Assembly (NCBI GenBank): GCA_001938485.1
Contig: MQRK01196336.1
Span: 41,575-91,971 of the forward strand
DNA from: Girardia tigrina
Lineage: Eukaryota
Direction of reading: 5' to 3'
DNA: 50,397 nt
Notes under the pieces: model-generated
What the model was told of the DNA's origin: nothing
The model's input: the letters and a program-made list of their open reading frames with translations, nothing else
Databases searched by the model: none
Shown: positions 49,887-50,397 of the stretch, piece by piece
How the letters are laid out: every line of letters begins with the position of its first letter
How positions within the stretch are numbered: position 1 is the stretch's first letter
Translations under genes and position numbers: made by a program

Positions 49887-50397
49887 TTAGGTGTACAAGT
49901 ATGAAATGCGGATTTCAGAAAACGGATTGTGCACAATGCAAAAAGTAGGTCAATGGTTAGGCAATGATGTCATAATATTGAGTAATTATGTAGTGTCTCA
50001 TACGTAACTCATAAATTGATAAAGCGTTTTAATAATTGTTGTATTTCTGTGTTTTAGATGTCCAAATATTATGCCAAGCAGTTAGCATTCGCATACGGTA
50101 CTAATTTTTTGTTACCATCTAAAGAAAACTGCTGCTGAATCATACCGATTACTCCAAGAAGCTTATGGTGAATATGCCCCATCGCAAGATACATGTGAAC
50201 GATGGTTTCGGCGCTTCCATGGTGGTGACTTTGATGTTGCAGATAAGGACCATGGGAAACCATGAAAAGGTTTCGAAAATGTGGAATTGCAAGCTTTGTT
50301 GGACGAAGATGATTCGCAAACACAAAACCAACTGGCAGAGCAATTAAGTGTTACTCAACAAGCTATTAGCAATCGCCTCAGGCAGATGGGAAAGATT
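49887..50397 (+). mobile_element. Mos1-like (mauritiana subfamily) mariner, 5' part, runs off the window
   Basis: TA|TTAGGTGTACAAGTATGAAATG TIR; ATG at 50058; HLKKTAAESYRLLQEAYGE..CERWFRRF..GDFDV.DKDHGKP*..ELQALLDEDDSQTQNQLAEQL..SNRLRQMGKI, with frameshift and stop. Confidence 0.93.

Noticed and set aside
1-50397. CRISPR arrays, tRNAs or prokaryotic operons
   Set aside because: The sequence is eukaryotic; no regular repeat-spacer array or cloverleaf was recognised by eye.

Overview
Very AT-rich eukaryotic (invertebrate) genomic window with several N-gaps; a planarian-like flatworm origin is plausible but is only an inference from composition and TE content. The only clear host genes are two intact, apparently intronless, divergently oriented clan-2-like microsomal cytochrome P450s (32998-34494 minus, 39818-41335 plus). 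Most of the remaining recognisable sequence is layered mobile-element debris. This includes a degraded Polinton/Maverick-type protein-primed DNA polymerase B joined to a Gypsy integrase/PPT/LTR end, four copies of one LTR family (two with perfect 5-bp TSDs, none ending in CA), and a Gypsy gag with four zinc knuckles. Penelope-like retroelements (RT + GIY-YIG) occur with inverted pseudo-LTRs and three minimal type-I hammerhead ribozymes. DNA transposons comprise several mariners (one near-intact DD34D, one Mos1-like), a maT-like fragment, a pogo/POGK-like element nested in a hAT-like MITE, TTAA-flanked MITEs and Helentron/Helitron-like repeats. A short, internally deleted 18S rRNA 3'-end fragment is also present. 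The best leads are the hammerhead ribozymes, a 143-bp almost invariant structured repeat of unknown family, the non-canonical LTR termini and a GC-rich island with possible 7SL Alu-domain similarity.
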